A stretch of DNA of 64,000 nt from an uncultured virus (IMG/VR IMGVR_UViG_3300005611_000005) (IMGVR_UViG_3300005611_000005); one strand, 5' to 3'. Positions 45,387 to 55,835 are shown, counted from the first letter of the stretch. Notes: generated by a model not told the origin, from the sequence alone. A program made the numbers and translations.

Positions 45387-47150
45387 ATGGCAATTACAAG
45401 TTTATCTGCGCAGTATATATCTGCGTCATTCCAAAATTTAGTGCAAGTATCTAGCTCTGGACAATTATTTGATGGAGCAGGAAATCAAATTACTAATTTA
45501 ACAGCTTCATTCGCCGTAACAGCATCTTACGCTTTAAATGCCGGAACTGGAACGTCTATAGATACAGGATCGTTCGCAACGACAGGTTCAAATGTATTTA
45601 ATGGATCGCAAACAGTTAATGGAGATTTAATTGTTACAGGGTCTATTACTGCATATCAATATGTTGTATCGTCTTCAGTAATCAATGAAACGATTGTATT
45701 TAGTAGCGGGTCAACTATTTTCGGTAACGACGCTAACGATACTCATACTTTCGAAGGGTCAATTATTATGTCTGGATCTGCAAATATTTCCAGCGCATCT
45801 TATATCGATTTACTTCCATTATCTAACAGTTTAGCTCCTGCATACTCTGAAGGTCGATTTTATTACAATTCAGAATACGGAGCGTTAACAGTTTATAATG
45901 ACGAAGCTGATATCAGTTTGCAAGTAGGTCAAGAATTTTACATTAGAATAAAAAACAATTCATTAACGCAGATTGATGATGGTACTCCATGTTACATTGT
46001 CGGAGCAAATGGAACTAATATTTTAGTAGACGCAGTAACAGCCCCTATTCATACTGGATCATTCAATTTTGAAAATCATATTATTGGAGTAGCTACTCAT
46101 GATATTGCTGGTAATGGATTTGGTTATTTAACGACTCAAGGATTAGTTAGAGGAGTAGATACAGACGGATGGACTGTAGGCGATAAATTATATTTACAAA
46201 CTGGGTCTGCTGGTACAGCAAAATCATATTTACGTAATACACCGCCTCCATTTCCATATGATATTGTTGAAATAGGGTATGTAACTCGAGTTAATGTTAG
46301 TCAGGGAGAATTTTACGTACTACCTAAAGAACCTACGCATTTCGGAAATATTAGCGGATTATCTGGATCGTATACTTCAGAAGTAGGAGATTTATGGGTA
46401 TATCAACCAAATAATGCATGGACTCATACCAGAGACTTAACAGGTTCATATTCAGTAAAAGGAACTTGGAACGTTACAGGATCGTTAACTGTTACAGGAT
46501 CGTCTACATTTAAAGTAATTGGTCCTTCAGAATTTACAGGATCAGTTGCAATTAACGGTACGCTTTCAGCACCAGCAGCTACGATTACGGCTCAATCTGT
46601 TACAGCTTCGTTATTTGGAACTGCTTCGTATGCTGTCAATTCATTAACAGCCTCTTACGCTTTAAGTGGAGGTAGCGGAGGTACATCTGCAACAGTAGCT
46701 ACAGCTCAAACAGGATCAGTAACTGGTACGACTTCAGAAACGTTAATTCAAACGTTAACGATTCCAGCAAATACATTAACTACTAACGATTTTGCACGAT
46801 TCTCAACGAAAATATTTGCTACCAATTCAAATAATTATACAGTAGCGTTATACATTAATTCGGCAAATACATTAAACGGTAGTGAGAAAAATATAACAAC
46901 ACTTCCTGTTAACAGTGTTATTAAGTTTGTTGTACCGACGAGAACAATAGCAGTTAATAACGTAACTACTGATACTAATTGGATTTCAGAAAACAGTCAA
47001 GTACAAGATCCATTTCAAGGAACTTCAGCTTTAGCACACGCATCTTCATCTATTGACTGGACGACAACTCAATATGCATTAGTTTCAGTAACGCCACAAA
47101 ATGCGGGTGATTCATTTATTTGCCGCGGAACATATTTTGAAAAAATATAA
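45387..47150 (+). CDS. Tail fibre protein
   Basis: TASYA and TGSL repeats, IIGVATHDI...GLVRG beta-clip-like segment. Confidence 0.7.
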   Translation: MAITSLSAQYISASFQNLVQVSSSGQLFDGAGNQITNLTASFAVTASYALNAGTGTSIDTGSFATTGSNVFNGSQTVNGDLIVTGSITAYQYVVSSSVINETIVFSSGSTIFGNDANDTHTFEGSIIMSGSANISSASYIDLLPLSNSLAPAYSEGRFYYNSEYGALTVYNDEADISLQVGQEFYIRIKNNSLTQIDDGTPCYIVGANGTNILVDAVTAPIHTGSFNFENHIIGVATHDIAGNGFGYLTTQGLVRGVDTDGWTVGDKLYLQTGSAGTAKSYLRNTPPPFPYDIVEIGYVTRVNVSQGEFYVLPKEPTHFGNISGLSGSYTSEVGDLWVYQPNNAWTHTRDLTGSYSVKGTWNVTGSLTVTGSSTFKVIGPSEFTGSVAINGTLSAPAATITAQSVTASLFGTASYAVNSLTASYALSGGSGGTSATVATAQTGSVTGTTSETLIQTLTIPANTLTTNDFARFSTKIFATNSNNYTVALYINSANTLNGSEKNITTLPVNSVIKFVVPTRTIAVNNVTTDTNWISENSQVQDPFQGTSALAHASSSIDWTTTQYALVSVTPQNAGDSFICRGTYFEKI

Positions 47151-47152
47151 TT

Positions 47153-49078
47153 ATGATTAAAACAATTATTGCAATTTATCCAGGAAGATTTCAACCTTTT
47201 GGTCAACATCATGCAAAATCATTTAAATGGTTACAGCAGAAATTCGGAGCGAAGAATACATACATTGCAACTTCAAACAAAGTAGAACTTCCTAAATCGC
47301 CATTTTCATTTTTAGAAAAGAAACAGATTATTGAAGAATATGGATTAGGTGATCATGTAGTTCAAACGAAAAATCCATACAAAGCTGAAGAAATTTTAGG
47401 TTCGCTAGATCCTAGTACTACTGCAGTTGTATTTATGGTTGGTGCGAAAGACATGCAAAATGATCCTAGATTTGCAATGAAACCGAAACGCGACGGATCT
47501 CCTTCATATTTTCAACCATATGATGCAAATAAAAATTCTTTACAAGGATTTGATAAACATGGTTATTTAATTGTAGGACCTCATGTATCAATAGCTATTC
47601 CAGGATATGGCGAAATGTCTGGTACTGCATTACGTAAAGCGTTAGGAGCAAAAGTTCCTAGATCACAAAAAATCAAATTGTTTAAATCAGTATTCGGATG
47701 GTATGACGAATCTACTGCAAATATGATATTTGATAAATTGGAACCGTTAGCTGAGTCAAAGAATTCAATAGCAGAAATGTTTAAAAAAAGTAAATCTGTA
47801 AATACAACCGACAAATTATCTGAAGAGCAAATTTTTACTAAAGATTGGTGGACGAAAATTATCGAGTCAGTTATTAACGAGTCAGTTTCCGAAGGATATA
47901 TGAGTCAAAAGCAAAATGATCAACATGATGCTAAAATTGAAAAGCTTCGTAAATATCTACGTAATCATATAGGAAAAGAATTTGCATATTCATTTAATGA
48001 ATTTCCAAAAACAGTATATGGCGTTAAAATAAATGAACATCTTTTAAAGGAAGGTGGCGCTGGGGGACACATGGCTCACCCTTTCAATATTGATTGGGTC
48101 AAAACCGGAAAAGATTTAATTGATGTATTTAATAAATCAATAGTATATTTAGAGAAAGGTCCAGCTGCAGTAAAAATCGATGGTGTTAACGCTTCAATTC
48201 GATTTGTAGAGCTTAATGGTAAAAAGCAATTTGTACTAGATCGAGGTTCAATGAAACCGCTAGATGTACAAGGAATTACTAAAGCAGATTTAGAATCTAG
48301 ATTTGGTGAAGGTCATGGTATGATTAAAATTGGCGGAACTGTATTAGATATTTTCAATGCAGCAATTCCAAAAATTACTTCAGCAATTAAATCTTTAGGA
48401 TTATGGGACAATCCAAATATAATGTTGAATATTGAATATGTAGCTGGATCGACCAATGTATTACAATACGATGAAAATTTTCTAGCAATACATGGGTTAT
48501 TAGAGCTATATCAAGCTACTCCAAAGCGAAGAGCTACTAAAGAAATTTCATATAACAAAGCTGCAATGCAAGATTTATTAAATAATTTAGCAGAAGCTGC
48601 AAATAAATTCAATTATAATGTATTAGGATCAATTCCTACAACGCTTACATCTAAGCCGAATTTATCTACAGAGCTTAATCGTAAATACACTGTCACATTC
48701 AATTCAAGTACTAAAGAAACAAAGACATTGAAACAATGGTTAGACGATGCTAAAGTACCAGATGCTAATATAAAAACAGTCGACGGTAAAACGATATCTG
48801 CATTATCTAAAGAAGTTTTAATTAAAATTTCTGAAGGCGTTCCTTTAGAAGAATTTATTGCAGATCCTAAAGATTATAAAGATGCAGTAGATGGATTTGT
48901 AATTTATTTAGCTACCATGAAATTAGGAGATGCTATTTTAGATAAATTATCGTCACCTTTAGGTCCTGTAAAAGATCACGAAGGTATTGTCATACGAGAC
49001 GAACGAATTTATAAAGAGCCGTTTAAACTTACTGGAAAATTTATTTTAGGTGGATTGGCCAGTAGTTTTAGAAAATAA
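47153..49078 (+). CDS. HIGH-type nucleotidyltransferase-like domain fused to a second phage domain
   Basis: YPGRFQPFGQHH, MVGAKD, MSGTALR; then EGGAGGHMAHP, VKIDG, HEGIVIR, FKLTG. Confidence 0.75.
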   Translation: MIKTIIAIYPGRFQPFGQHHAKSFKWLQQKFGAKNTYIATSNKVELPKSPFSFLEKKQIIEEYGLGDHVVQTKNPYKAEEILGSLDPSTTAVVFMVGAKDMQNDPRFAMKPKRDGSPSYFQPYDANKNSLQGFDKHGYLIVGPHVSIAIPGYGEMSGTALRKALGAKVPRSQKIKLFKSVFGWYDESTANMIFDKLEPLAESKNSIAEMFKKSKSVNTTDKLSEEQIFTKDWWTKIIESVINESVSEGYMSQKQNDQHDAKIEKLRKYLRNHIGKEFAYSFNEFPKTVYGVKINEHLLKEGGAGGHMAHPFNIDWVKTGKDLIDVFNKSIVYLEKGPAAVKIDGVNASIRFVELNGKKQFVLDRGSMKPLDVQGITKADLESRFGEGHGMIKIGGTVLDIFNAAIPKITSAIKSLGLWDNPNIMLNIEYVAGSTNVLQYDENFLAIHGLLELYQATPKRRATKEISYNKAAMQDLLNNLAEAANKFNYNVLGSIPTTLTSKPNLSTELNRKYTVTFNSSTKETKTLKQWLDDAKVPDANIKTVDGKTISALSKEVLIKISEGVPLEEFIADPKDYKDAVDGFVIYLATMKLGDAILDKLSSPLGPVKDHEGIVIRDERIYKEPFKLTGKFILGGLASSFRK

Positions 49079-49097
49079 TATATTTATTTAAAAGTTT

Positions 49098-49691
49098 ATG
49101 GCAAAATTACAAAACATCAAAGCAATTCGTCAAATGCTTGACGGAACTCACAGAACGCAAACTCGTACATCGGTAAGCTTTGCACAACCCGCTGCTACAG
49201 TGAGAGAAGTGGGTGAAGTTTGGACAGACGCTAATGGAAATGAATGGGAACAGCGTGATGGTTATAAAATACAAAAAGGAAAATTAGATCATCTTCGTTC
49301 ATTGTTAGCAAAAAACCAAATGCCAAGTGCATGTCCAAAGTGCAATAAACAAATGAATAAAAAGTTAGATCGAAAATTTTGGATGTTAGAAAAACATTGT
49401 TTTGATTGTCAAGTTGAATTTGAACATAATTTACGAATTGAAGGTAAATACGAGACTTACGAAAAAGATCGTATGCGAAGAAATGCAGAATCTTGGTTAA
49501 AAGACGCAGAGCAAGAAGCTATGGAATTAGTCGAAGCCTTTCGCAACCCAATAGCATTTGCAAATTCAGACGGTACAGTTGAAAAATGGTCGGGAGGTCA
49601 AGATCCAGAAGAAATTGCAGAAAAAATTGAAGAAGAGTTTCGTAAATTCAAAGAAGATTTCTTACTTAAATTATCAACAGAAAATGATTAA
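49098..49691 (+). CDS. Hypothetical Zn-finger protein
   Basis: REVGEVW, CPKC...CFDC. Confidence 0.7.
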   Translation: MAKLQNIKAIRQMLDGTHRTQTRTSVSFAQPAATVREVGEVWTDANGNEWEQRDGYKIQKGKLDHLRSLLAKNQMPSACPKCNKQMNKKLDRKFWMLEKHCFDCQVEFEHNLRIEGKYETYEKDRMRRNAESWLKDAEQEAMELVEAFRNPIAFANSDGTVEKWSGGQDPEEIAEKIEEEFRKFKEDFLLKLSTEND

Positions 49692-50340
49692 ATTAAAAGA
49701 TTTATTAAAAGAAGCTGAAGAAGCAAAACAAGCCGTTTCAGTAAAAGATGAAGTCGCTAAATTTTTCAATAGCAATAAAAAGAAATTGGAAAAATTAATG
49801 GATGATGAAGAATGGGACGATTTCTATGATATGGCTTTTGAAAAATTTCCAGACTATGATCAAGATGATGTAGCTCAAGCTATGAATAAAGCAGCGCTGC
49901 ATGCAGGATATTTTGAAAATGAAGACGTAGCTGAAATGCCAACAGAAAAAGATTTAGAAAAAATGGCATTTGGTGAGAAGTCTCAACAAAAAGGTATTTC
50001 AATGGGCGATTATGATAAAAAGCAAAAAATGCCTAAGGCTTCGTCTACTGAGCTTTATATGGAATCTAAAAAAAAAGATTTAGAGCCAATCGAAGAAGCT
50101 GAATATCGCGGAAGAAAAGTTAAATTGAACAAGCCATTTTATACTCCAGGAGGCCCTAGAAAGCGAGCTGTATACGTAAAAAATGCTAAAGGAAATGTAG
50201 TTAAAGTTGGATTCGGTGAGCCAGGTATGAAAATTAAAAAGAACAATCCAAATAGACGTAAATCATTTAGAGCTCGTCATAATTGCGATAATCCAGGTCC
50301 TAGATGGAAGGCTAGATATTGGAGCTGTAGGTTTTGGTAA
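49684..50340 (+). CDS. Putative head protein with MIKLKDLLKE leader and basic C-terminal domain
   Basis: ATG 49684; EEAEYRGRKVKLNKP...RKSFRARHNC...YWSC. Confidence 0.7.
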   Translation: MIKLKDLLKEAEEAKQAVSVKDEVAKFFNSNKKKLEKLMDDEEWDDFYDMAFEKFPDYDQDDVAQAMNKAALHAGYFENEDVAEMPTEKDLEKMAFGEKSQQKGISMGDYDKKQKMPKASSTELYMESKKKDLEPIEEAEYRGRKVKLNKPFYTPGGPRKRAVYVKNAKGNVVKVGFGEPGMKIKKNNPNRRKSFRARHNCDNPGPRWKARYWSCRFW

Positions 50341-50361
50341 TAACTTAAAAAAATATACTAT

Positions 50362-51375
50362 ATGAAACGTTTAATTAAAGAAGCTGCGCGATTTCAAAAA
50401 TTGGCAGGTATTTTAAAAGAAGACGAAACTTCAATTGCAGCGAACTTAACTAAAGCATTCAATGCCGGACCAGCTGCTACCCGAGCTTATCTAGATACTC
50501 CAGAAGGATCTTCCGAAGAAGCTCGTGCATTGTTATTGAAACCAACTCCGCCTGAAGACGGATCTGCTAAAGATGATGTCGTAAACATAGGAGATGCTTC
50601 AGGTCAAGCTATGGGCTTTAAACCGACACAAAATGAAATTGATTTAATGAAGTCAGTTTCATATCCATTAGGATCCGCAAAAACATTAATAAGTGCTATT
50701 AAGTCAGGGCCGGTAGCAAAAGGTATTGTAACTTCTGGAGATTTAATTATTGACGGACATCACAGATGGTCAGGTGCAATTTCTATTGGAGGTAAAAATG
50801 CTCAAATTTCTGGTAAAGATGTTCAATGGCCAGGACAAAATACATCTCAAGTACTCGCAGCTGCTCAGTTAGCAATTGCAGCAAAATTAGGTCCTGGAAA
50901 AAAGACCCCTTCTCAGTCTGAAGAATTTGATACTAATATATTGGGTAAGAATGCAGAAGGGATTGCAAAAATGATCATGCAAAATGTTAATAAACAGACA
51001 GATAAAAATGCTCCCGGTGCATTACTTAATGATAAAATGATTAAAGATTTAGTTGGTAAAGAAGTTAGTGGATGGGAATCAGTTTATAAGTGGGCAGGGT
51101 TTAATCCTGATCCAAATGCATCAAATAAAGGATATAAATTACGTTTAGCAATTGCTACAAAAGTAGGAGAAAATTTAGCAGCGTTACCTGATAATCCTGA
51201 AGCTCCTGCTCGTAAAGATATGCCTCAGTTTGATACAAAAGTAGGTGGTCCTGAACTTAGTTCTATAGAAACTGATTTAGAATCTGGTAATTTAAACATA
51301 TCACCTCCGTTTAAAAAAGAATCAGTAAATGCACGTTTAGATAACATGTTATCTAAATCAATAATTAAACTATAA
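50362..51375 (+). CDS. ParB/Srx-like domain protein
   Basis: KPTQNEI, IIDGHHRW; leader RFQKLAGILKE. Confidence 0.7.
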   Translation: MKRLIKEAARFQKLAGILKEDETSIAANLTKAFNAGPAATRAYLDTPEGSSEEARALLLKPTPPEDGSAKDDVVNIGDASGQAMGFKPTQNEIDLMKSVSYPLGSAKTLISAIKSGPVAKGIVTSGDLIIDGHHRWSGAISIGGKNAQISGKDVQWPGQNTSQVLAAAQLAIAAKLGPGKKTPSQSEEFDTNILGKNAEGIAKMIMQNVNKQTDKNAPGALLNDKMIKDLVGKEVSGWESVYKWAGFNPDPNASNKGYKLRLAIATKVGENLAALPDNPEAPARKDMPQFDTKVGGPELSSIETDLESGNLNISPPFKKESVNARLDNMLSKSIIKL

Positions 51376-52232
51376 TGATTAAGTTAATCGATTTATTACG
51401 CGAATATCGATCGATTAAAGGCGTCGATACATATTTAAAGCAATTACAATCCGAACCAGCCGCTGAAGCAACTGTTTTATGGTTAGATGGTCATGTAATT
51501 GTAAATGGAGATATTAAAGATCATATGAATTTAATGTCTCAAACTGGCGGGCTTAATCGCAATGTTAACTTGAAAATTAATCCAAAGAAAAAAGAAGTAA
51601 AAATATACGATTATGACGACTGGAGTTCATTTAAAACAGTACCTAGATTTCAACAAGCAATTGCTGACTTAGTTCGGTTAAAGTTAATAAAACCAAACTA
51701 TAAAATTGAAATTGGATTAACAGACGCTAAGAAAATTTTAGGCAAAAATGACGTAAAAACGTTTTTAAATTACGATGCTAGTTACGTTAATACTATTCCT
51801 CGAGCTTTTCATGGAACGACTTCGAAAGATTTAGAAAATATCAAGCGCTTAGGTATAGTTCCTCCTAGTAAACATGATCATGAAATTTTAAAGTGGGATA
51901 GTTTTTATACTGAAGATTCTCCTGATAAAATATATTTGTCGACAGATTATGATCGAGCTCGATATTATGCAGACCATGCGTCTAGAATTTACCATGAAAA
52001 TGGAATTAAAGCTGACCCGGTAGTATTACAAATTGATAATTTACCTACAGATCGTATAGTAGCTGATGACGATTTTAAATCTAATATGAGCATGATTCAA
52101 TTGCTTGCTGCTATGGCATCAGGTAAAAAAGTTGATTCAGATTCCTATTTATCGTCTATACGATCTACATCTCAATTTGGTTACAAAGGACGCATTCCAT
52201 GGTCAATGGTAACTAAAACGCACTACGTATAA
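51375..52232 (+). CDS. ADP-ribosyltransferase-fold protein
   Basis: FHGTT...NIKRLGI, IYLST...ARYYA, VVLQID; leader MIKLIDLLRE. Confidence 0.7.
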   Translation: MIKLIDLLREYRSIKGVDTYLKQLQSEPAAEATVLWLDGHVIVNGDIKDHMNLMSQTGGLNRNVNLKINPKKKEVKIYDYDDWSSFKTVPRFQQAIADLVRLKLIKPNYKIEIGLTDAKKILGKNDVKTFLNYDASYVNTIPRAFHGTTSKDLENIKRLGIVPPSKHDHEILKWDSFYTEDSPDKIYLSTDYDRARYYADHASRIYHENGIKADPVVLQIDNLPTDRIVADDDFKSNMSMIQLLAAMASGKKVDSDSYLSSIRSTSQFGYKGRIPWSMVTKTHYV

Positions 52233-52256
52233 TATTTATTTAAAATAAGTATAAAA

Positions 52257-52811
52257 ATGATTAGTTTAGTAAATTTATTGAAAGAGGCAGAAGAAGAAAT
52301 GAAATGCCCAGTTGCTACTCAAAACATCGACGTTAATCTTAAAAATCGTCAGATTGCTATAGATCGATATGGATACGGTCCATTGAATCCAAACAATCCG
52401 AATATTAAGTTTTGGGAAGAAAAGCAACTGAAATGGAAATTAGATACTATTGAAGAAACGAAAGATTCTCGATGTGGTAATTGTGCAGCATTTAACATAA
52501 CTACAAAAATGCTTAATTGTTTAGAAAAAGGCATTTTATCTGGAGAAAAATATGTAGATGTAGATCAACCAGAATCTAATACCGAACAACCAGAACCTGA
52601 TAACAAGCCTGTTGCTGAGGGTGAAGGTGGTGCAGTTGCTGCAAAACCTGAAGAACCAAAAACAGATCCTAAACAAGATGGATCTGACCCAACCTGGGAC
52701 ACTATCGAAGCAGGTAAATTAGGATATTGTACATTTTTAAAATTCAAATGTGCCGCTTCTAGAACATGTGATGCATGGGTAGTAGGCGGGCCAGTAAAAG
52801 ATAAAAAGTAA
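52257..52811 (+). CDS. Cys-rich putative head protein
   Basis: CGNCAAF, GYC..LKFKCAASRTCDAW; leader MISLVNLLKE. Confidence 0.65.
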   Translation: MISLVNLLKEAEEEMKCPVATQNIDVNLKNRQIAIDRYGYGPLNPNNPNIKFWEEKQLKWKLDTIEETKDSRCGNCAAFNITTKMLNCLEKGILSGEKYVDVDQPESNTEQPEPDNKPVAEGEGGAVAAKPEEPKTDPKQDGSDPTWDTIEAGKLGYCTFLKFKCAASRTCDAWVVGGPVKDKK

Positions 52812-52816
52812 AAGTT

Positions 52817-53068
52817 ATGCCATTAATTCCTCAAGTACTTCAATTAGACATTTTAGATGCTTTACGATCGTTATCTAACAACGATTCATCTACATTAGAA
52901 CAATCGCAACTTGAATTATCTGAAAAATTAGCAGCGGCAATTGATAGATACATTAAATCTGCTACTATTATAGTACCTCCTGGTCAGACAATTGCCGGAG
53001 GCGGCGGCGGACCGATTCCTGTAACTGGGGCAACTGTATCTCCTTCTAGCCCCGCGCAAATTACATAA
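52817..53068 (+). CDS. Small structural protein, possibly spike-tip related
   Basis: LAAAIDRYIKSA followed by a Gly/Pro-rich tail. Confidence 0.55.
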   Translation: MPLIPQVLQLDILDALRSLSNNDSSTLEQSQLELSEKLAAAIDRYIKSATIIVPPGQTIAGGGGGPIPVTGATVSPSSPAQIT

Positions 53069-53092
53069 TTAACAATTTGATATTTATTTAAA

Positions 53093-53728
53093 ATGGAAAA
53101 GTTTAAAAAATACTTTACCTATATCGTAATACTGATTTTAATTATAGTTATTGCATATCTTCGCGGGTGCGATTCTTCTAACACAGGAGAAACTATTAAT
53201 ATTAACGGAACTTCGTATGTAGTAATTAAACGAGAGGTAGATACAGTTTATCAGGAAGTTACGCAAGTTGAATATCGTGAAGGTAAGACAATTTACAAGG
53301 AAGTTCCTATATATGTTAACGTACCTGCCGATGTCGATACTGCAGCTATACTTAATGAATATTATTCTGTAAATGTATATAAAGATACATTGCAGTTAGA
53401 TAGTAATTTAGGATACATTGCAATTACAGATACTATAACAAAAAATGCCGTTTCAGGCAGAATTTGGAATTCAGATATCAAATATAAAACAATACACGAA
53501 ACGATAATTGTAACTGAGCCACCAAAAAATCAATATTTTCTAGGTATCGGTGGCGGTGTTATGCAACCTAACGCTGTATTTTTAGGCCCGAATTTAGTTT
53601 TGAAAACGAAAAAAGATCATTTATATAGTTTAAATGCAGGAGTATCTTCTAATTTAGGAGTATTTGTACAAGCATCTGCGAACTGGAAAATACAAATTAA
53701 ATTACCGTTATGGCTCAAAAAACCTTAA
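53093..53728 (+). CDS. Membrane or lipoprotein with C-terminal amphipathic beta strands
   Basis: Basic N-terminus, hydrophobic stretch, LRGC; DT-repeat region; GIGGG...YSLNAG...ANWKI. Confidence 0.6.
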   Translation: MEKFKKYFTYIVILILIIVIAYLRGCDSSNTGETININGTSYVVIKREVDTVYQEVTQVEYREGKTIYKEVPIYVNVPADVDTAAILNEYYSVNVYKDTLQLDSNLGYIAITDTITKNAVSGRIWNSDIKYKTIHETIIVTEPPKNQYFLGIGGGVMQPNAVFLGPNLVLKTKKDHLYSLNAGVSSNLGVFVQASANWKIQIKLPLWLKKP

Positions 53729-55296
53729 AAGAAATTATCAAACAGGAGTATAAAAAATGTATACAAGATCCTGTTTATTTCATGAAAAAATATTGCCAGA
53801 TTCAGCATCCGAAAAGAGGCAAAATTCCATTTCAATTATATCCTTTTCAAGAAAAGACGCTACTACAGCTTCGAGACCATGATTACAATATCATATTGAA
53901 GTCTCGTCAGTTAGGTATTTCTACATTAGCTGCTGGATATTCTTTATGGCTAATGACTTTCTTTTCTGATAAAAATATTCTTGTAATTGCTACAACACAA
54001 AATACTGCGAAAAATCTAGTAACTAAAGTTAAGGTAATGTATGAAAATTTACCTTCATGGTTGAAACTAGATACCGAAGAAGATAATCGACTTTCATTGC
54101 GATTTGTCAATGGGTCTCAATGTAAGGCAGTTTCTTCAGCAGGTGATGCCACTCGTTCAGAAGCTCTGTCTCTATTAATCATAGATGAGGCTGCATTTAT
54201 TAACAACATTAATGATATTTGGACCTCAGCTCAACAAACATTAGCTACTGGTGGAGGAGCAATAGTATTATCGACTCCTAATGGTACCGGTAACTTTTTT
54301 CATAAAACATGGGTTGAAGCAGAAACTAATCCGAATAGCAAATTTAATCATATTAAACTCCATTGGACAGTTCACCCTGACAGAGACCAATCGTGGAGAG
54401 ATTTACAAGATGAATTGTTAGGTGTAAAGGCAGCAGCTCAAGAATGTGATTGCGACTTTATTACATCTGGGTATTCTGTCGTAGACGGTACTATTTTAGA
54501 ATGGTATCGACAAACTACAGTACAAAATCCTGTAGAACGACGAGGCTTTGATGGAAATTTATGGATATGGGAACAGCCGGATTATACAAAAGATTATATA
54601 GTAGTAGCTGACGTTGCACGAGGTGACGGAGGTGACTATTCTGCATTTCATGTAATAGATGTAGAAACTGTAACGCAAGTTGCGGAATATAGAGGGCAAA
54701 TATCTACGAAAGATTACGGTAACATGTTAGTTAATATGGCGACAGAATACAATGACGCTCTTCTTGTTATTGAAAATGCTAATGTCGGATGGGCTGCAGT
54801 TCAAGTTGCTATAGATCGAGAATATAAAAATTTATACTATTCACCTAAAGATCAGTCACTATCCGACGTGTCGCAGCAGTTAGCTAAGTATGTCGATTTA
54901 AAAGATACTTCTCAAATGGTAGCTGGATTTACGACTTCGTCAAGAACTCGGCCATTATTAATTTCCAAATTAGATACATACATGAGAGAACGAGTGCCAG
55001 TAATTCGAAGTGCTCGATTAATCGAAGAATTATTTGTATTTATATGGAATGGGTCAAAAGCAGAAGCTCAACAAGGATATAATGACGATTTAACAATGTC
55101 ATTTTGTATTGGATTATGGATACGAGATACTGCATTGAAATTAAGACAACAAGGAATGGATTTAAATCGAAAAGCGTTGGATTATATTGGTAAATCGACA
55201 GGAGCATATAGCTCAAATGCCGGTATGCGTAAACAAACAGGCTGGACTCAAAATACAGGACATAATCAAGATGAAGATTTAACTTGGCTTTTGTAA
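53710..55296 (+). CDS. terL: Terminase large subunit (T4 gp17-like)
   Basis: LYPFQ, KSRQLGIST, IIDEAAF, LSTPNG, ADVARG...DYS, IENAN, NDDL. Confidence 0.96.
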   Translation: MAQKTLKEIIKQEYKKCIQDPVYFMKKYCQIQHPKRGKIPFQLYPFQEKTLLQLRDHDYNIILKSRQLGISTLAAGYSLWLMTFFSDKNILVIATTQNTAKNLVTKVKVMYENLPSWLKLDTEEDNRLSLRFVNGSQCKAVSSAGDATRSEALSLLIIDEAAFINNINDIWTSAQQTLATGGGAIVLSTPNGTGNFFHKTWVEAETNPNSKFNHIKLHWTVHPDRDQSWRDLQDELLGVKAAAQECDCDFITSGYSVVDGTILEWYRQTTVQNPVERRGFDGNLWIWEQPDYTKDYIVVADVARGDGGDYSAFHVIDVETVTQVAEYRGQISTKDYGNMLVNMATEYNDALLVIENANVGWAAVQVAIDREYKNLYYSPKDQSLSDVSQQLAKYVDLKDTSQMVAGFTTSSRTRPLLISKLDTYMRERVPVIRSARLIEELFVFIWNGSKAEAQQGYNDDLTMSFCIGLWIRDTALKLRQQGMDLNRKALDYIGKSTGAYSSNAGMRKQTGWTQNTGHNQDEDLTWLL

Positions 55297-55298
55297 TT

Positions 55299-55835
55299 AT
55301 GAATTATAAACGTATATATGACCAAATAATATTTAATGCTCAAAATCGAGTATTGGAGTCGTATACTGAAACGCATCATATTATTCCTAAGTGTATGGGA
55401 GGTTCTAATGATAAAGAAAATTTAGCTGACTTAACAGCTAAAGAGCATTTTATTTGTCATAGACTATTAACAAAAATATATCCAAATAATAAAAAGTTAA
55501 TATATGCGTATTGGGGAATGTGTAATCAAAGATCTAATAATCATCAAAGATATATTCCTTCATCTAGAGCATATTCTGAAGCAAGGGAACTATACTCAAA
55601 AGTAATATCAGCAACTCGCACTGGTAGTAAAATGTCAGATGAAACTAAACAAAAAATATCAAATAGTTTAAAAGGCATACTAACTCCAGATTATGTAAAG
55701 AAAAAAATATCTATAGCTAAAAAAGGAAAAGTTTCTCACAGAAAAGGCAAAACGTTACCTGATGAAGTGAAACAAAAAATAAAATTAGCTAAGATTAAGT
55801 ATTGGGCTAATAAGAAAAATTCTGAATTACATTAA
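55299..55835 (+). CDS. HNH homing endonuclease with NUMOD3-like repeats
   Basis: ETHHIIPKCMGGSNDKENL..LTAKEHFICH; SDETKQKIS repeats; lies between terL and portal. Confidence 0.88.
   Translation: MNYKRIYDQIIFNAQNRVLESYTETHHIIPKCMGGSNDKENLADLTAKEHFICHRLLTKIYPNNKKLIYAYWGMCNQRSNNHQRYIPSSRAYSEARELYSKVISATRTGSKMSDETKQKISNSLKGILTPDYVKKKISIAKKGKVSHRKGKTLPDEVKQKIKLAKIKYWANKKNSELH

Noticed and set aside
41831..47150. Diversity-generating retroelement or invertase-driven fibre switch
   Set aside because: No reverse transcriptase or invertase in the window; the duplications are direct, near-identical, gap-adjacent and lack adenine-specific mismatches
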